64,000 bases of DNA from Escherichia phage KK4. Each line of letters starts with the position of its first letter. The stretch's first letter is position 1. Location of the stretch: the sequence record OR327750.1. One strand, written 5' to 3'. The notes under the pieces were generated by a model, which was not told where the DNA came from, made no database searches, and saw nothing but the letters and a program-made list of their open reading frames with translations. Of the stretch, positions 59,993-64,000 are shown piece by piece. The translations under genes and the position numbers were made by a program.

Positions 59993-60342
59993 TTAGAAAG
60001 GTCCTGGATGTCTTCTGCGAACTTGTTGAAGGAGTTGTTGATTTTTTTTTCAACCAATCCTGGCTTATGAGCCACCACATCCGCCTTCTTTGCATCTTTG
60101 CGCAGTTTTTCATTTTCACGCTCAATAGCAGCAATTGCCTCACGATTTTTATTATTCATCGCATCAATATAATTATACTGAATTCGCAAATTATTTAATG
60201 CTAAGGCGTTTTCATTGGCCGTTTTTGTAATTTCTACAACAGACGTTTCTAATCTTTCAATTTTATTTTTTAAAATTAAAGAAGTTCCGCCTAATGCAAT
60301 TACAATTAATAGCAAACCTGCTGTCGTATTACTTAATTGCAT
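59989..60342 (-). CDS. inner-membrane spanin (i-spanin), Rz equivalent
   Basis: 117 aa; N-terminal transmembrane helix LLLIVIALGGTSLIL followed by charged coiled-coil periplasmic domain. Confidence 0.65.
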   Translation of the reverse strand: MQLSNTTAGLLLIVIALGGTSLILKNKIERLETSVVEITKTANENALALNNLRIQYNYIDAMNNKNREAIAAIERENEKLRKDAKKADVVAHKPGLVEKKINNSFNKFAEDIQDLSK

Positions 60343-60839
60343 AAAGTTTTAATAACCTCTATAATATCGTCTTGAGAAAGACCGTTAATTAAAATATGAT
60401 GTTCAGCTGGAGATTTAGAAATTTTAAAGCATGCCTCAACATCTTCTGCCATATCCGATGCACTACGATTTGGATTACTAATACCAAGGCGGTGTTTTCC
60501 TGTCAAAGGATTAACGATGATATAGCATTTGCAGCTATTGATATGAACATTAGGTTGAGTCTGATTAATGAACACTTCACAATCATACTTAGCGAGTTGA
60601 TTTTCTAAAAAGACTTTCATCTCTTCAACCGCATCAGGAAGCATATCACGGGCTTGCTCAAGACGACGATTTCGATATTCTTTAACGGTCGTTTTCCGCT
60701 TGACTTGCTTAGCTAAATCTTTCTTAAGATCAGTGATATATCCAACTCGACGATTTCCTTTGAATACCGAAATCCCATCTGTAGTATCACCGTATGCTTC
60801 AACGACCATTTCAGTAGTAATAAGCTGCAAATCCATCAT
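60333..60839 (-). CDS. alc: Alc transcription terminator / host-DNA transcription inhibitor
   Basis: 168 aa by ORF track (T4 Alc 167 aa; start may be the second Met at 60836); position between the spanins and rnlA. Confidence 0.7.
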   Translation of the reverse strand: MMDLQLITTEMVVEAYGDTTDGISVFKGNRRVGYITDLKKDLAKQVKRKTTVKEYRNRRLEQARDMLPDAVEEMKVFLENQLAKYDCEVFINQTQPNVHINSCKCYIIVNPLTGKHRLGISNPNRSASDMAEDVEACFKISKSPAEHHILINGLSQDDIIEVIKTLCN

Positions 60840-60900
60840 AAAGTCCTCATGTTATGTCAGTAAGACTACTGTAACACAACACGAGGGACTTGTAAACAGC

Positions 60901-62488
<1,588 letters not shown>

Positions 62489-62496
62489 AATAAAAT

Positions 62497-62510
62497 GGGC
62501 CTTGCGGCCC
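62497..62510 (-). terminator. hairpin between nrdB and denA
   Basis: GGGCC-TTGC-GGCCC; on the minus strand followed by ATTTTATTATG leading into denA. Confidence 0.45.
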
Positions 62511-62515
62511 ACTCC

Positions 62516-63694
62516 TTAAAAGTATTTTTTAAAACTCATCATAACTTTATCATCAACATCATTATCAATCTGTGCAACAAGATAAGATGACAGTTCTACT
62601 TCTTGTGGCGCTGATTGAACATTATCAGAATTAAGATATTCACGAATCCAAGGATATGGATGTTTAACCGGAGCATCGGTAATTGGGCATGGAAGACCGC
62701 ACTGTTTCATACGAGATACAGTTAAGTAATCAATAAAGCTCCACATGCTATTTGTATTTAATCCAGGAACATCGCCATCTTTAAATAAATGAACTGCCCA
62801 ATCTTTTTCTTGGCGGTTAACTTCCATGAAAATATCAACTGCTTCTTGTTCACACTCTTGAGCAATTTTAACCCATTGATCGCCATCAGTACCAGATTGA
62901 AGTTGACGAATAATATATTGTGTACCTTTAAGATGAAGCTGCTCATCACGTGCAATGAACTTCATAATCTTGGCATTACCTTCCATGATTTCCATGTTTT
63001 TATGGAAGTTAAAGGTACACGCAAAGGATACATAAAAACGAATAGCTTCTAATGCATTAATAACGTGCAAACAGAGGTAAAGAGATTTCATTAGCTCACG
63101 CTTCCAATATGTCTCATGCTCAATAGCATCTTCAATAACGTCTTCGTCTGCATTAATTTCTTTTTGGTATTCGATATCAGCTTTAGCGTTTTCCCAATAA
63201 CGAGTTTTAATCAGAACATCATCATAATAACGTCCAATGGATTCAGCACGTTTCATAATAGCTTCATCTAATACAATTTCATCAAATACCTTCGATGGAT
63301 CAGTATAAAGATTTCGCATGATATGAGTATATGAACGACTGTGAATAGTTTCACTAAAAGTCCATGTAGCAACCCATGTATCAAGGCTTGGGTCTGAAAT
63401 TAATGACATAAGTACAGCAGATGGCGCGCGACCCTGAATGCTATCTAAAAGTGATTGATACTTCAAGTTGTTAGTAAAAATATTTTGCTGATACTGAGGA
63501 AGCTTATTAAACTGTGCAGCATCCATCATCAAGTTTACTTCTTCAGGACGCCAGAAAAATGATAATTGCTTTTCGGTTAAATCTTCAAAAACTTTATGAC
63601 GTTGAATATCATAACGCGCAATACCAAGACCTGAACCAAAAAACATAGGTTCTTTTAAAACATCAACTGGATTTGTATTAAAAACTGTGCTCAT
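62516..63694 (-). CDS. nrdB: ribonucleotide reductase small subunit NrdB, uninterrupted
   Basis: 392 aa continuous ORF with class Ia R2 features; no intron interrupts the reading frame. Confidence 0.95.
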   Translation of the reverse strand: MSTVFNTNPVDVLKEPMFFGSGLGIARYDIQRHKVFEDLTEKQLSFFWRPEEVNLMMDAAQFNKLPQYQQNIFTNNLKYQSLLDSIQGRAPSAVLMSLISDPSLDTWVATWTFSETIHSRSYTHIMRNLYTDPSKVFDEIVLDEAIMKRAESIGRYYDDVLIKTRYWENAKADIEYQKEINADEDVIEDAIEHETYWKRELMKSLYLCLHVINALEAIRFYVSFACTFNFHKNMEIMEGNAKIMKFIARDEQLHLKGTQYIIRQLQSGTDGDQWVKIAQECEQEAVDIFMEVNRQEKDWAVHLFKDGDVPGLNTNSMWSFIDYLTVSRMKQCGLPCPITDAPVKHPYPWIREYLNSDNVQSAPQEVELSSYLVAQIDNDVDDKVMMSFKKYF

Positions 63695-63745
63695 AAATTT
63701 TCCGCTTAGTTAATAGTTGGTGACTCGTCCGTGAGTCAAATTATA

Positions 63746-64000
63746 TCATAATTTACAGGATGAACAATCTTCAGCTTTTGGAGTTTCTATTTCATAATCA
63801 TCAGTACCAGAACCATCGCGGGTATTATGATAATAGAAATTTTTTCCGCCAAAATACCAAAAATACAAAAGGTCATCAATCATTATTGACATTGGAACCT
63901 TGCCTTTAGGGAAGATTTGGGGGTCATAGTATGTATTCGCCGAAGCTGATTGACAAACCCATTTCAGCATAATAGCTACTTGCGTAAGATAAGGTTTATT
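63746..64000 (-). CDS. nrdA: ribonucleotide reductase large subunit NrdA, 3' end only (gene continues beyond window edge)
   Basis: minus-strand frame open to the window edge; C-terminal peptide with Cys pair ...DCSSCKL typical of the class Ia R1 tail; position upstream of nrdB. Confidence 0.75.
   Translation of the reverse strand, partial: NKPYLTQVAIMLKWVCQSASANTYYDPQIFPKGKVPMSIMIDDLLYFWYFGGKNFYYHNTRDGSGTDDYEIETPKAEDCSSCKL

Overview
The window is a contiguous piece of a T4-like (T-even, Tevenvirinae) myovirus genome, collinear with the phage T4 interval from gene 53 to the 3' end of nrdA. The plus strand carries the late morphogenesis module: baseplate 53, 5, 5.4, 6-12, fibritin wac, neck 13-15, terminase 16/17, sheath 18, tube 19, portal 20, prohead core 67/68/21/22, major capsid 23, vertex 24, late helicase uvsW, and hub/tape-measure 51/27/28/29/48/54. 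The minus strand carries early/middle genes: rnlB, hoc, inh, uvsY, 25, 26, two tandem Alt-type ADP-ribosyltransferases, DNA ligase 30, a run of small 30.x ORFs, rIII, 31, cd, pseT, a spanin pair, alc, rnlA, denA, nrdB and the nrdA 3' end. Intergenic spaces hold T4 late-promoter motifs (TATAAATA) and GC-rich tetraloop hairpins, several with T-tracts. I saw no rRNA, tRNA, CRISPR array, integrase or transposase. All protein calls rest on my recognition of motifs and of T4 protein sequences and lengths from memory, not on any database search. Several ORF-track starts are TTG or GTG artefacts; I moved those to the ATG that has a Shine-Dalgarno sequence or matches the T4 N-terminus. I did not find a convincing undescribed multi-gene system. 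The most notable items are a free-standing GIY-YIG homing endonuclease gene with its own late promoter between gene 5 and the PAAR tip gene, a Hoc protein with an extra tandem Ig-like domain, apparently empty homing-endonuclease or intron sites (23/24, inh/uvsW, nrdB, nrdA/nrdB), the tandem Alt paralogs, and a NADAR-like plus HAD-like pair next to DNA ligase.
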